Source: an uncultured Parvularculaceae bacterium (GTDB lineage: Bacteria; Pseudomonadota; Alphaproteobacteria; Caulobacterales; Parvularculaceae). Taken from it: a stretch of 64,000 nucleotides of DNA. The notes beneath the pieces are model-generated. The model had not been told where the DNA came from, searched no databases, and saw nothing but the letters and a program-made list of their open reading frames with translations. Shown piece after piece: positions 1 through 9,899 of the stretch; positions within the stretch are counted from its first letter, which is position 1; each line of letters starts with the position of its first letter. Both the position numbers and the translations under genes were made by a program. The stretch lies in contig CAWUIM010000009.1 of the NCBI GenBank assembly GCA_963922595.1, forward strand, positions 5,075 through 69,074, in the 5' to 3' direction.

Positions 1-44
1 CCGATGCCGCTCGACGCGCCAGTCACCAATACGGGTTTGTGCAT
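1..44 (-). CDS. short-chain dehydrogenase/reductase (SDR), first 15 codons only; the gene runs off the left edge
   Basis: The reverse complement of 1-44 reads MHKPVLVTGASSGIG, the classical SDR TGxxxGIG Rossmann start. AAGGAG (51-56, minus strand) lies 6 nt upstream of the ATG. Confidence 0.6.
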   Translation of the reverse strand, partial: MHKPVLVTGASSGI

Positions 45-56
45 AGCGGACTCCTT

Positions 57-482
57 TTAATTGAAACGCAACGCGTCGATTTTGGACACGATTGACGCCA
101 TACTTTCATCATCAATTGTAAAAGGGGCAAAATACGTCGCGATAATGTCCTCGGTTGAGCGGCCATACAACAGAATATCCCGTCTATCTCCGTAAGATTT
201 TACTACCGCTAATAATCGCTCCTCAATTACAGAAAGTACCGGACTGCTTTGATCTAATGAATAAGAATTTTTCTTGGAATACTCCATGCCTTTATAATGT
301 CCGTCAGCCAAATGTTGTTCGAATTTTTTTCGTAGAGCAAAAGCAAACTGTGCAACCGTCGGGTGGAAAATGACATTCGAATCTTGAGAGGCCTGTTTTG
401 CACGAATAAGGGTTGCAAGGATTGCTTGTATATTTAACGGATCATCAAAAAAAGATTCCAGATTTATCTCGTTTTGCATCAT
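57..482 (-). CDS. hypothetical protein, AT-rich orphan (141 aa); possible HEPN-like Rx5H motif
   Basis: Intact 141-aa ORF in a stretch visibly much more AT-rich than its flanks. I recognise no family. It contains LRKKFEQHL, which fits Rx4-6H. Its stop codon is 12 nt before the SDR start. Confidence 0.55.
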   Translation of the reverse strand: MMQNEINLESFFDDPLNIQAILATLIRAKQASQDSNVIFHPTVAQFAFALRKKFEQHLADGHYKGMEYSKKNSYSLDQSSPVLSVIEERLLAVVKSYGDRRDILLYGRSTEDIIATYFAPFTIDDESMASIVSKIDALRFN

Positions 483-569
483 AACGCCTCTAAGTCAGGA
501 ACAATATTTGGTCCGTCAAATAGTGGATTTTTCGCTGACCGGGCGTAAAGGACATCGCCTAGCACGCGC

Positions 570-2297
<1,728 letters not shown>

Positions 2298-2318
2298 TCA
2301 GGAAGAAGAAACTATAGG

Positions 2319-3062
2319 CTACGCCTTTTTCCCGCGCCCGCTCATGGTGCGAAAGCCGAAAAGGCCGGTCGCAAACAGGAGAAGTCCCGCCGGGAGCGGC
2401 GTTTCCACGAGGTCGAGATTGAAATCGCCTTTGAACGTATGGATCGACGCGAGCTGTTGGCACAGGGCGTGGTCGCAGGTGTCGTTTAGGAAGAGGAAGA
2501 ACCAGGAGGCGCCGCCAAAGTTTCCGTTCTTGCCGTTCGCGCCCTCGCCCACCTGTAGCGGGAAGACGTTGTCGCGCGGACGCTCTTCCACTGAAAAGCT
2601 GAGACCTTCGAGACCGTCAACGCCCGTGAAGCTGCCGTCGGTCAACCCTAAATATTCCCAGGTGGAAGGATCGATCGAGCCGCAAACGCCATTGAATGCG
2701 CAACGCCGCAATTCTTTTTTCGGCCCGCCCGTGCCCGGCCCTTCGATGGCGATGAAATTGACGATGACGTCAAACGCGAGGCGCGGGTCAACCTGCGACA
2801 CGATCCGGCCGCTGAGTTGCGCCATCCCGTTATCGTTTACAGAGAACAATCCGGGCGTGACAAAGTCGAAATCGGACCCGTCGCTATTGCCCCGCAACGC
2901 GGTGCCGGAGATATTTTCAAAAAACGGCAGCCACGCCGCATGATCGTTCGAGCCGCCATGGAGGCGATCGCTCACGGCGGACGTCGCCGTGTACAACGCA
3001 GCGTTGGCGACGCCGGTAAAGGCGAAACAGGAAATCAGAACAGAAACAAGAATTGAACGCAT
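2319..3062 (-). CDS. secreted protein with C-terminal VPLPA/PEP-CTERM-type exosortase sorting signal
   Basis: N-terminal signal peptide MRSILVSVLISCFAFTGVANA. The C-terminus is ETPLPAGLLLFATGLFGFRTMSGRGKKA: a PLPA motif, a hydrophobic helix and a basic tail. I chose the ATG at 3062; the ORF track starts at a GTG at 3071. Confidence 0.75.
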   Translation of the reverse strand: MRSILVSVLISCFAFTGVANAALYTATSAVSDRLHGGSNDHAAWLPFFENISGTALRGNSDGSDFDFVTPGLFSVNDNGMAQLSGRIVSQVDPRLAFDVIVNFIAIEGPGTGGPKKELRRCAFNGVCGSIDPSTWEYLGLTDGSFTGVDGLEGLSFSVEERPRDNVFPLQVGEGANGKNGNFGGASWFFLFLNDTCDHALCQQLASIHTFKGDFNLDLVETPLPAGLLLFATGLFGFRTMSGRGKKA

Positions 3063-3211
3063 GGGACCCACGTAAAGCTAGCCGTTAACACTTAAGCGGC
3101 TAACCAGTGCAATCCGCGCACCAATGCGTCCGGTGGTTAATTTCTCAAAATGGAACAGGCGAAAACGGATCGCCGTTAACCATCCTTACAGAGATGAATA
3201 AGGAAACGCCG

Positions 3212-3709
3212 CTATTCGCCAGGCGGGGTTGGCTCTTCCTCGTCGGAAGCGTCGGCGGGCTCTTCGTCGCCGAGCGCATCGTCCAATGCGTCTTCAACGT
3301 TCAAGTCAGCGGGAGCGGCCTCGTCCGCGCCGCCAAGGGCGTCGGAAAGATCGTCGCTGGATGGCGCTTCTTCTTCATCGTCGCCGCCGCCCAGGGCGTT
3401 GCTGAGATCGTCAGCGGAGATCGGCGCATTCGGGTCGGCGACTTCCTCGCCTGTGAGATCCCGGATGACATCGCGCTCTTCTTCCCCGCGATCCGCAAAG
3501 ATGGCCAGCGAGATCGACGTGGCGAAAAACAGCGCCGCCAGAACGGATGTGGTGCGCGTCAGCGCATTTGCTGCGCCGCGGCTCGTCATGAAGCCGCCGC
3601 CGCCGCCGCCGCCGATGCCGAGCGCGCCGCCTTCAGAGCGCTGCAGGAGCACGATGCCGATCAGACCGAGAACGATCAGGACATGAATGGTCAAAATGAC
3701 TTCAATCAT
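3212..3709 (-). CDS. secG: preprotein translocase subunit SecG with a long acidic C-terminal extension
   Basis: MIEVILTIHVLIVLGLIGIVLLQRSEGG...FMTSRGAANALTRTTSVLAALFFATSISLAIFA matches the two-TM SecG core. About 90 further residues are Asp/Glu-rich. Confidence 0.9.
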   Translation of the reverse strand: MIEVILTIHVLIVLGLIGIVLLQRSEGGALGIGGGGGGGFMTSRGAANALTRTTSVLAALFFATSISLAIFADRGEEERDVIRDLTGEEVADPNAPISADDLSNALGGGDDEEEAPSSDDLSDALGGADEAAPADLNVEDALDDALGDEEPADASDEEEPTPPGE

Positions 3710-3880
3710 CAGAGAAATCTCTCAAAAACCGGCGCGGCCCTTAGCGCTGAGCTTCATATAGGCATCCGGCGTCGAATGGGAAGTTGCGCGTCTTACGCCA
3801 AGTGCCTGCGGGAGACAAGAGCGGCCGGCGGCGGAGCGATCAGGCGCTTACAGAATCACACGGGATAACAGCGCCATACC

Positions 3881-5224
3881 TCACCACGCGGCGACAAGGA
3901 CGTGCGACCCGCGCATCACGGGCTGGGTTCGGCCCTGGCTTTCCAGCTTGTCTCCCTCGGTAATCGCGAAGAAGTCGATAAATCCGCGTTTCCGCCCTTC
4001 CCCGAGCCGGCGGTGAAAGACGGCGACCGCCAGGTTTTGGCCTGTCTGATCGAACAAAATATCTTCCGGCAGCACGCCGGCCTGCTCGATCCTGTCCAGC
4101 GCGCCGAATTCGCCGGTCGCCTTGTCGAACGAAAGCAGCGACACAGAATACCGCCGCCGTTTCGGCCAGTTCGAAAGGAAGGCGTAGTTCGGCAGATAGG
4201 TTCGTTCCATATTGATCGTCGCGATGCGGGTTCCGTCAGGACTGATCGCAAAACTTTCTGGAAATCTGCCGACCTTTGCGCGGTCAATAATTTCTGGCGA
4301 TCCGTCGGCCGTTGCGGGCGGGGCCATGCTGATTATCGAACCGGGCTTCAATGTCAGCATATGGAGCGACCCGCCGCCGCCATGGGTGTCGGAGATTAGA
4401 AAATACTGACCGTCCGATGTCCATTCGCCAACGGCGATGCGCCGTCCGAGATCAGGCGTCGGCGCTCCGAAGGGCGCCGCGCCGACCGGAATTCTGTCGT
4501 CATCAAAATCAAGGGCGTAAAATTGCACGCGATGGTTCGCGATGTTCGCCGCCACGAGCTCGCCGCTTGGCGACGGCCGCAAGGAGCGCACGAACGGTTC
4601 GGCGTCTTCTTGCCGCGCAGGCGGGTCAAGCGCGAGCTTGCGGATCGACGCGACCTGAAAATTCTCCGCGAGCGCCACGATGACGAGTTCCGCGCCCGCT
4701 GTTTCCGTCGCCACAATCAGATACCGTCCGTCAGGGACGAACGCGACCGACTGCGGATTGACGCCAAGATCGCGGCGCTGATCGATCAGCACAAGTTCGT
4801 CGTCACGGCGCTCAAAGATGTTCAGGACACGGCCCGCCGCCAACGCCTCGCGGATATTGTCGACCTCATCAACATCGGCCGGCGGGGCCCCGCGGGTCTC
4901 AATGGTGAATATATAGCGCCCGTCCGGCGTCGTGGCGGCCACTTCGGGCCAGCCGACCACTGAATTTGACGCCTCGGCGGTCGCGACTGGGACGCCATCA
5001 CGAAATACCGTCAACTCATCGCGGCCATCCACAAGGCGCTCAAGGACGCCTGTTGCGTATGTCGCCGATGATTGATGGACATCTGACAGAGCAACGAAGT
5101 CGCCGACAAAAGCTGGCGGCGCAATCGCGAGCGCAGGGTCGTCGCTACTAAAATCGCCCACGGCGCCAAAACACGCTGCGCCGATAGCGAGGATTAAGAC
5201 GAAGCCGTATAGGATTGTCTTCAT
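3881..5224 (-). CDS. secreted beta-propeller-like protein (lactonase/YncE-like fold suspected)
   Basis: 447 aa with an N-terminal signal/anchor (MKTILYGFVLILAIGAACFGAVG). Recurring PDGRY / SPDGTR / TSDGQY blade-like motifs. No catalytic motif recognised. Confidence 0.55.
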   Translation of the reverse strand: MKTILYGFVLILAIGAACFGAVGDFSSDDPALAIAPPAFVGDFVALSDVHQSSATYATGVLERLVDGRDELTVFRDGVPVATAEASNSVVGWPEVAATTPDGRYIFTIETRGAPPADVDEVDNIREALAAGRVLNIFERRDDELVLIDQRRDLGVNPQSVAFVPDGRYLIVATETAGAELVIVALAENFQVASIRKLALDPPARQEDAEPFVRSLRPSPSGELVAANIANHRVQFYALDFDDDRIPVGAAPFGAPTPDLGRRIAVGEWTSDGQYFLISDTHGGGGSLHMLTLKPGSIISMAPPATADGSPEIIDRAKVGRFPESFAISPDGTRIATINMERTYLPNYAFLSNWPKRRRYSVSLLSFDKATGEFGALDRIEQAGVLPEDILFDQTGQNLAVAVFHRRLGEGRKRGFIDFFAITEGDKLESQGRTQPVMRGSHVLVAAW

Positions 5225-5286
5225 AATTTCGATATTCCCCGTTGGTGAAAAAACAAGCTCTGATTTTATTACGGACTACGTAACAT

Positions 5287-5763
5287 ATGTCGAAAGCCAC
5301 CCGCCGGACAACTCCTTCCGCCCGTGAAGTCGATCGGCTGAGGCGATCAGTGCATTTGCTCATTCGGGCGCTTCTTATTTCAGGGCGCGCCGGGGCGCCC
5401 GCCGAGGGGCGGCTCCCGTTTAATCCGCTGTATTTTCACATGCTCGGCGTTCTGATGGAGACGGGCCCCATGCGCCCCACCGACATCGCGTCAACGCTCG
5501 GCGTTCCGCGGACAACGCTTTCCACGGCCTCCAAGGCGTTACAGGCGCGGGGTCTTATTGATCAATCCGCCGACCCGTCCGACGGGCGCGCACAGATTTT
5601 GAGCCTGTCAAATGACGGGTTGGACGTGGCGAAGGCGATCAAACGCCAGGACCTGAAGAACATGAAAACGCTTTTGGAAATGGTCGATCCGGAACGTCGA
5701 CGGATCGTTATCGACGTCCTTGAAGAAGTAACCGAAGCGATCAGCGGAACGCCGGGCGACTAG
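5287..5763 (+). CDS. MarR family transcriptional regulator
   Basis: Winged-helix core PMRPTDIASTLGVPRTTLSTASKALQARGLIDQSADPSDGRAQILSLSNDG is typical of MarR. It is divergent from the beta-propeller gene. Confidence 0.85.
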   Translation: MSKATRRTTPSAREVDRLRRSVHLLIRALLISGRAGAPAEGRLPFNPLYFHMLGVLMETGPMRPTDIASTLGVPRTTLSTASKALQARGLIDQSADPSDGRAQILSLSNDGLDVAKAIKRQDLKNMKTLLEMVDPERRRIVIDVLEEVTEAISGTPGD

Positions 5764-5850
5764 GCGCGCTTTCAAAATAAATCGCCTGCTTCATCGATCA
5801 CTTAGAACGAGAGCTTCGGATGATCAGACTGAAAGACTCTCATCCGCTTC

Positions 5851-5961
5851 CATCCTTCGAGGCTACGCTTCGCTCCGCACCTCAGGATAAGGGCAATACA
5901 TTATTTCCACACGGAAATTTCTCATCCTGAGGCGTCGTCCGCGGGACGGCCTCGAAGGATG
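5851..5961. repeat. nested palindromic intergenic element (REP/MITE-like)
   Basis: Outer arms are CATCCTTCGAGGC (5851-5863) and GCCTCGAAGGATG (5949-5961). Inner arms are CCTCAGGAT (5880-5888) and ATCCTGAGG (5924-5932). It lies between convergent genes. Confidence 0.55.
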
Positions 5962-6040
5962 GCGATATGCTCAAGCGGTTGAATGCAATCGTCCGACTAT
6001 TCAATCCTGCTATGCTTCGGGATTGATTACCCTCACCCGA

Positions 6041-7867
6041 CTACGCAGCGCCGCCCTGCTCGACGATCCAGGCGTCCACATTCTCCTGCAGGAGATCGAG
6101 CGGCATGGCGCCGTTGAGCAGGATCATTTCGTGAAACTGGCGTAGATCGAACTTATCGCCAAGCGCTTCTTCAGCCTGTTTGCGCATGCGCAGGATAGCG
6201 AGCTGGCCGGTTTTGTAGGCGGTCGCCTGACCGGGCCAGACCACGTAACGTTCGATTTCGCGAGTCACTTCCGCTTCCGTCATCCCGGTTTTTGAGACCA
6301 TATACTCGATCGCCTCTTCGCGGGACCAGCGCTTGTGGTGAAGCCCTGTATCGACGACGAGGCGCACGGCGCGGAACATTTCCGCCTGCAGACGCCCGAG
6401 ATCGCCGAGCGGATCGTCGTCATACATACCCATGTCTTCTTTCGCGACGCGTTCAGCGTAGAGCGCCCACCCTTCGGTGTAGGCGGTGAAGAGGCCGAAC
6501 TTGCGCACGAACGGCACACCTTCGATCAGAAGCGCTGAAGAAATCTGGAAATGATGGCCGGGCGCCGCCTCATGGTAGAGCAGCGTCGGCAAGGTCCAGC
6601 GCGGATTATCGGCGGTGTCTTTCTGGTTGATATAGAACCGGCCGGGCGTCGAGCCGTCGAGCGCCGGCTGATTGTAGTAACCGCCCGGCGCAGAGTCCTG
6701 CGAATATTCCGGCACGCGGAGGATCTCCAGCTCCTGCGGCGGCAGGGTGATGAAATAATCGCCGGCGAGCGCCATCACTTCTTTGTTGAGCGAGACGAGA
6801 TAGTCGATCATCTCTTTGCGCCCTTCGTCGGTGTTCGGGTAAATCTGTTCCGGATCGCGCATAAGGACTTGCACGCGCTCGGAGACAGTTCCCTCCGTAT
6901 ACCCCTCGCCTACAAGAATAGCGTTCATCTCCGCTTCGATGCGCGCGACTTCTGAAAGGCCGATATCGTGCACTTCATCGGCGGTGAAGTCGGTGGTTGT
7001 GTTCGACTTCAGCGCTGCGGCGTAGATTTTGTCGCCATCCGGGATGCGCCAAATACCAGCATCGTGGTTGGCGGAGGTCTGAAGATCTTCAAAAAGCGCG
7101 ATCATCGCCGCGTAACCAGGGATGACTTTCGTCGCCACGGCGTCTGTCGCCTGCGCCGTCAGATCGGCTTTTTTCTCGTCGCTGAGATCTTCCATCTCAT
7201 CGAGCTTTTCGACGAGGGTCGTCACCAGCGGGTTCTCGCTGGCGCCGCCTTCAATGAAGGAGCGCATGCCCACAAGCGATTTCTCGATAATGAAGTCCGG
7301 CGGCGTGACGCCGTTGTCGCGATGGTCAATCACGTTGACGCGCGATTCCTCAAGGACGCGGCCAAATTCGTTGAGGCGGCTGATATAGCGCTTGACGCTC
7401 TTCTCATTCACGATCTGATGGGAGTCCGTCAGGAAGGACGGCAGATTCACCGTCGGGCCCGAAATCTGGTTCACCGGATATCCGCTATAATCAAAAGCGC
7501 CCTGGCGAATGATGTCGTCGAGCAGGGTCGCCATGATCTTCCAGCTGATCAGCTCCTGGCCTTCGAGACCATTCGGTCCGTATTTGTCGAGCCCGGCGCG
7601 CGCCTTTTTCACCTTCTCAAGCGTCGCGTCCGCTTTCGCTTTGGTGTAGTCAGAGAGCTTTCCGGAATGAAAATCGAACGGCGTGTTTTCAATCGCACCA
7701 ATGCTGGTTAATAATTCTGGGCCGTCGAGCAAAAACGTCTCGGCGGTGATCTTGTTGATGTAATTGTTGACGCCAACAGGCTTCCACCAGAACCAGGTGA
7801 AAAGTCCGAAGCCGGCGATGATCACCAGCAACAACAAAAAGCCCAGGATTTTTCCGATCAGTCGCAT
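6041..7867 (-). CDS. DUF885 family protein (metallopeptidase-like)
   Basis: Contains LLYHEAAPGHHFQ, the hallmark DUF885 motif, plus an N-terminal TM anchor. I chose the ATG at 7867; the track starts at a TTG at 7882. Confidence 0.85.
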   Translation of the reverse strand: MRLIGKILGFLLLLVIIAGFGLFTWFWWKPVGVNNYINKITAETFLLDGPELLTSIGAIENTPFDFHSGKLSDYTKAKADATLEKVKKARAGLDKYGPNGLEGQELISWKIMATLLDDIIRQGAFDYSGYPVNQISGPTVNLPSFLTDSHQIVNEKSVKRYISRLNEFGRVLEESRVNVIDHRDNGVTPPDFIIEKSLVGMRSFIEGGASENPLVTTLVEKLDEMEDLSDEKKADLTAQATDAVATKVIPGYAAMIALFEDLQTSANHDAGIWRIPDGDKIYAAALKSNTTTDFTADEVHDIGLSEVARIEAEMNAILVGEGYTEGTVSERVQVLMRDPEQIYPNTDEGRKEMIDYLVSLNKEVMALAGDYFITLPPQELEILRVPEYSQDSAPGGYYNQPALDGSTPGRFYINQKDTADNPRWTLPTLLYHEAAPGHHFQISSALLIEGVPFVRKFGLFTAYTEGWALYAERVAKEDMGMYDDDPLGDLGRLQAEMFRAVRLVVDTGLHHKRWSREEAIEYMVSKTGMTEAEVTREIERYVVWPGQATAYKTGQLAILRMRKQAEEALGDKFDLRQFHEMILLNGAMPLDLLQENVDAWIVEQGGAA

Positions 7868-8021
7868 CCGACACCCCTGCAAATGAGAATTTGCGGCGAA
7901 TATGTCAGCGGCCGTTTGGAGAAACCAGTCGGCTTATCGAAAAGTTCCGGCGTGTGTCCTTTTCGTCAATCGCCTCATCGGCGAACTGGCGGCGTCCGGT
8001 TCCCGTTTTTCAATAAGGCGG

Positions 8022-8975
8022 CTAAAGCGCCGCACTCGCGCGCGCCACGACGGCGTCAATCGCTTCGATCACCGTTCGCGTCTCCGCGTGATGCAAGGCG
8101 TGCCCCGTATCAGGCAGCACTTGCAGCGTCGCGCCCTCGATTTCGCGCGCAAGCGTTTTAGAATGAATCTCAGGACTGACCGTCTTGTCGTCGGCGCCCG
8201 TAAGGATCGCCACCGGCAGGCGCAATTGCGCGTACTGATCCTGCTGCGCGACGATCTCTTTTTTCAGATTGGCGATGTCGGCGGCGTTGCTCTTGAAGTC
8301 CTTCGGGCGGAACAAAAGCGGCAAGCCGACGCGTTCGTAATAATTTTCCGGCGCGGGATCGGGCTCAAAGGAGCTTTCGACGCTGCCGCGCCCGACAAAT
8401 TGTCCGTAAACCGGGATGACAAGCCGCCGCAAAAAGAAGCCGACGATTGGCGTAGACGAGGCGTTGTTATACCATGCGACGCCGCCCGGCCATTCGTGAC
8501 TGACGCCGGCCAGGACGACAAGCCCCGCCATTTCCTCTTGATACTGAAGGGCGTAAGCAAGCGAGACGGCGCCGCCGAAGCTCTGACCGACGACAACCGG
8601 ATTTTCGATACCGAGCTGTTGCGACGCATCGCGGATCAGGGCGGCCTGCGTCTCCAGCCTGTGCCCGTCATCGGGGCGGGTCGAATATCCGCGCCCTGGC
8701 CGGTCAACCATCAACACATGATAGCGCCCCGACAATTCCTCGCCGAGCGCAAGGTCCATATCGCGCAGATTGATGCTGGCGCCGTGGATCAGAATAATGG
8801 ACGGCGCCTTGCCCTTGTGCTCACGCCCCTTTTCGAGGACGTGCAATCGCTCGCCTTCCACATCCACAAAGGAACCGATCGCGGGCGCATTCTTTTCCGC
8901 GTTGATCGTCGCGCAGCCCGAAAGGCCCAACAGCGCGACAACAAACAAAAGCCCCACAGTCATCAACACACGCAT
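8022..8975 (-). CDS. alpha/beta hydrolase lipoprotein
   Basis: Lipobox LLGLSGC, HGASIN oxyanion region, GQSFGG nucleophile elbow and C-terminal PDTGHALHH. I chose the ATG at 8975, with GGAG/GGGGA upstream. Confidence 0.85.
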   Translation of the reverse strand: MRVLMTVGLLFVVALLGLSGCATINAEKNAPAIGSFVDVEGERLHVLEKGREHKGKAPSIILIHGASINLRDMDLALGEELSGRYHVLMVDRPGRGYSTRPDDGHRLETQAALIRDASQQLGIENPVVVGQSFGGAVSLAYALQYQEEMAGLVVLAGVSHEWPGGVAWYNNASSTPIVGFFLRRLVIPVYGQFVGRGSVESSFEPDPAPENYYERVGLPLLFRPKDFKSNAADIANLKKEIVAQQDQYAQLRLPVAILTGADDKTVSPEIHSKTLAREIEGATLQVLPDTGHALHHAETRTVIEAIDAVVARASAAL

Positions 8976-9018
8976 CAATCCCCGCTCCAATTCTTTCTTT
9001 CAGTCGGCGAGCGCGACC

Positions 9019-9732
9019 CTAAACGGCGTTGATGATGCCGTAAAAGTCCGCAGCCTTCAGGCTGGCGCCGCCCACCAGCGCGCCGTTCACATGGTCGATC
9101 GCCAGGATTTCTTTTGCATTCCCCGGCTTCACCGATCCGCCGTAGAGAATACGCGTTCCCCCGCGCACTTTTCCACGAATAAACGCGTGCATCGCGCGAA
9201 TGTCATCAATCGTGGGCGTGAGCCCCGTGCCGATGGCCCAGACCGGCTCATAGGCGACGACCATGTCGCCGCTATCGGGCAGAGATCCGGCGAGCTGGCC
9301 GCCCACAACGGCTTCGGCGCGCCCCGCCTTGCGCTCTTCTTCCGTCTCGCCGACGCACACAATCGGGATTAACCCTTCCTTGTGCGCGGCCTCGGCTTTG
9401 GCTTTGACCGCAGCGTCGCTTTCGCCGTGATCGGCCCGGCGTTCCGAATGACCGACAATAACGAACGCGCCGCCCGCATCGGCGATCATGCCCGCGCTGA
9501 CGCCGCCCGTGTGCGCGCCGCTGGCCGCCACGTGACAATCCTGGCCGCCGGTGAAAACGCCCGTGGTCGCAAGCTGGTCGGACATCTGCGCAAGCAGCGT
9601 CGCTGGCGGGCAAACAAGAACGTCGCAAGCCGCCGGCGCCTCGCCGCCAAGCTTGTCGAGGAGCACTGAGATCTCACCGAGGCTCGCGCGCACCCCGTTC
9701 ATCTTCCAGTTTCCGGCGATCAGCGGTTTCAT
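9019..9732 (-). CDS. tpiA: triosephosphate isomerase
   Basis: [13 protein letters not shown] start, then [19 protein letters not shown] and YGGSVKP. All are canonical TIM motifs. Confidence 0.95.
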   Translation of the reverse strand: MKPLIAGNWKMNGVRASLGEISVLLDKLGGEAPAACDVLVCPPATLLAQMSDQLATTGVFTGGQDCHVAASGAHTGGVSAGMIADAGGAFVIVGHSERRADHGESDAAVKAKAEAAHKEGLIPIVCVGETEEERKAGRAEAVVGGQLAGSLPDSGDMVVAYEPVWAIGTGLTPTIDDIRAMHAFIRGKVRGGTRILYGGSVKPGNAKEILAIDHVNGALVGGASLKAADFYGIINAV

Positions 9733-9899
9733 GGCGGCGCTCCCTCGATGGCTACGGCCTTTCGCCTAAGCCAAGCCCTGCCCCAAGTCCAGAAACGGGA
9801 CCGGCACAACTATTTAGCCAGAGGGCCCGATCCACGCCTTGTCCCGCCCGCGCGGCGCAATTAGGTTGCGCGCTGGATCGCAATACAAAGGGTTTTCCA

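Noticed and set aside
3590-3612. (GCC)n simple-sequence run.
   Set aside because: It encodes the Gly7 loop of SecG on the minus strand. It is too short to call a repeat feature and has no sign of being a contingency locus.
3107-3868. 253-aa plus-strand ORF covering the secG locus.
   Set aside because: The minus-strand product is a textbook SecG. The plus-strand translation is Arg/Ala-rich with no motif.
5225-5286. TTACG-N5-CGTAA inverted repeat in the MarR/beta-propeller divergent spacer as a MarR operator.
   Set aside because: The arms are only 5 bp in an AT-rich spacer, which is below what I can distinguish from chance.
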